A DNA stretch of 46,351 nucleotides, counting the filler, from Catajapyx aquilonaris (lineage: Eukaryota): assembly GCA_000934665.2 (NCBI GenBank). It is 2 parts of 2 records of this genome, joined end to end, with 100 filler letters (N's around TTAATTAATTAA, not from the genome) between each part and the next. Parts side by side here need not be neighbours in the genome. Positions count along the whole stretch, not along the records: positions 23,229 to 46,351 come from KZ539413.1; 1 more part is not named here. One strand, 5' to 3'. Every line of letters starts with the position of its first letter. The first letter of the stretch is position 1. Positions 45,320 through 46,351 of the stretch are shown one piece after another. The position numbers were made by a program, and so were the translations under genes. The notes under the pieces are model-generated. The model was given only the letters and a program-made list of their open reading frames with translations, was not told the origin of the DNA and ran no database searches.

Positions 45320-45833
45320 CAGTCAAACTTCTACAAGTCGAACTTCCCTAAGTCCACTTTCTCTATAAGTCGAAGCAAATGATGAGCTTTGTTGGTCACA
45401 ATGTAAAATAATAGGAAATAAACTTCCCTAACTCGAAGTGCAGGCAGGGCCTTACGATGGGATATCAATGCATGTTCAGTCTCCCTAAGTCCAAGTTCAT
45501 GTTGGCCGATACGGAAAATTGTCTCATTTCCCAGCCGAAGGGTCAAAAGTATAGGCTACATGCACAGAAAAGCTCAATTTCCTGATATCCGTCTACCAGA
45601 CGTACCGGAAGAAGTGTTTGACTCTATTTGTGACAATTATTTAATCCTTGAATCTAAGAGTAGGCAAATGTCCGTAACGGATATTTCTTTTACACCAAAA
45701 CAACGAGGAACATTGTAAGTGTGATAGTGACAGTTATTTTTCATCAAAAAATCCAAACTTCTCTAACTGGAATCTTCTATAACTCGAAGTTTTTTTCCGG
45801 TCCCATGGAGAGTCGACTTATAGAAGTTTTATT

Positions 45834-45834
<1 letters not shown>
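45320..45834. mobile_element. Tc1/mariner (pogo-type) MITE
   Basis: TA|cagtcaaacttctacaagtcga ... tcgacttatagaagttttattg|TA: ~22-bp imperfect TIR, TA duplication, repeated subterminal aa(g/c)tcgaa motifs. Confidence 0.8.
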
Positions 45835-45901
<67 letters not shown>

Positions 45902-45913
45902 GTTATTATTATT
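45835..45913. repeat. (TTA)n microsatellite
   Basis: Directly visible; source of the poly-Tyr in ORF 45721-46068. Confidence 0.95.
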
Positions 45914-45930
45914 CCTCCTTAAATCCTCTC

Positions 45931-46027
45931 CACATGACCACCAAGGTTTATTTGGGTGGAGTAGTTGGTAAGAGGGGCAAGGGGAGGCCTAGGAAGACAT
46001 GGTTGGACCAGGTGGGTCAGTGTCTTA
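45931..46027 (+). mobile_element. RTE-like LINE ORF C-terminal fragment
   Basis: Translates HMTTKVYLGGVVGKRGKGRPRKTWLDQV, matching the GKRxRGRPRxxWxD motif at the end of RTE-clade ORFs. Confidence 0.75.
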
Positions 46028-46351
46028 ACCCTCAGACGGTGACGTGCGAAATGTTCGCTCTCCGGTGACGTGGGCTCTTTTTGTGACCAAGCCATATTTT
46101 TTGCTATATCTGGCGAAATATAGCACATTTGGACTTCACCTTTGAGACAATCATAGTGTAATTCCTTCTACGACAAATATCGTTTAGTTTACATTTTTTG
46201 AGCAAATAGTGCGATCATAAAAAAATCATTTATGCATCGAAGCGTAGTTTCGGACAAAATGCTTCTTTGGCGTGCCCGCAATAATATCGAGTCAGGGGTT
46301 GTTTGCCTACTTTTCGAGGTCTCCGGAATGCCAGTGTCCTTTTAAAATAGC

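Overview
Eukaryotic (arthropod, probably insect) draft-genome DNA made of two sequences joined by an artificial 100-nt spacer (N44-TTAATTAATTAA-N44, 23129-23228). Left part (1-23128): two splice-compatible coding exons (1021-1236 and 20720-21056) of a type II membrane carbohydrate sulfotransferase (CHST11-like, Sulfotransfer_2 family), separated by about 19.5 kb of repeat-rich intron; the rest of the gene is not in the window. Right part (23229-46351): a head-to-tail cluster of five paralogous C2H2 zinc-finger genes (A-E, + strand). Each has a conserved promoter cassette, an acidic exon rich in psi-K-x-E (SUMO consensus) motifs ending in DDPL, a phase-0 intron, and one exon carrying 17, 10, 6 and 6 fingers (the finger exon of E lies beyond the window). 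The cluster shows a probable chimeric gene (D) made by tandem duplication, decayed fingers in 3' UTRs and fast-changing recognition helices. Its introns and spacers hold many transposon insertions: V-domain tRNA-SINEs, another tRNA-SINE, a Helitron-like element in an inverted/duplicated arrangement, a foldback MITE, a Tc1/pogo-type MITE, a 2.3-kb TIR element and RTE-LINE fragments. All family assignments come from motif recognition by eye, not from database searches.
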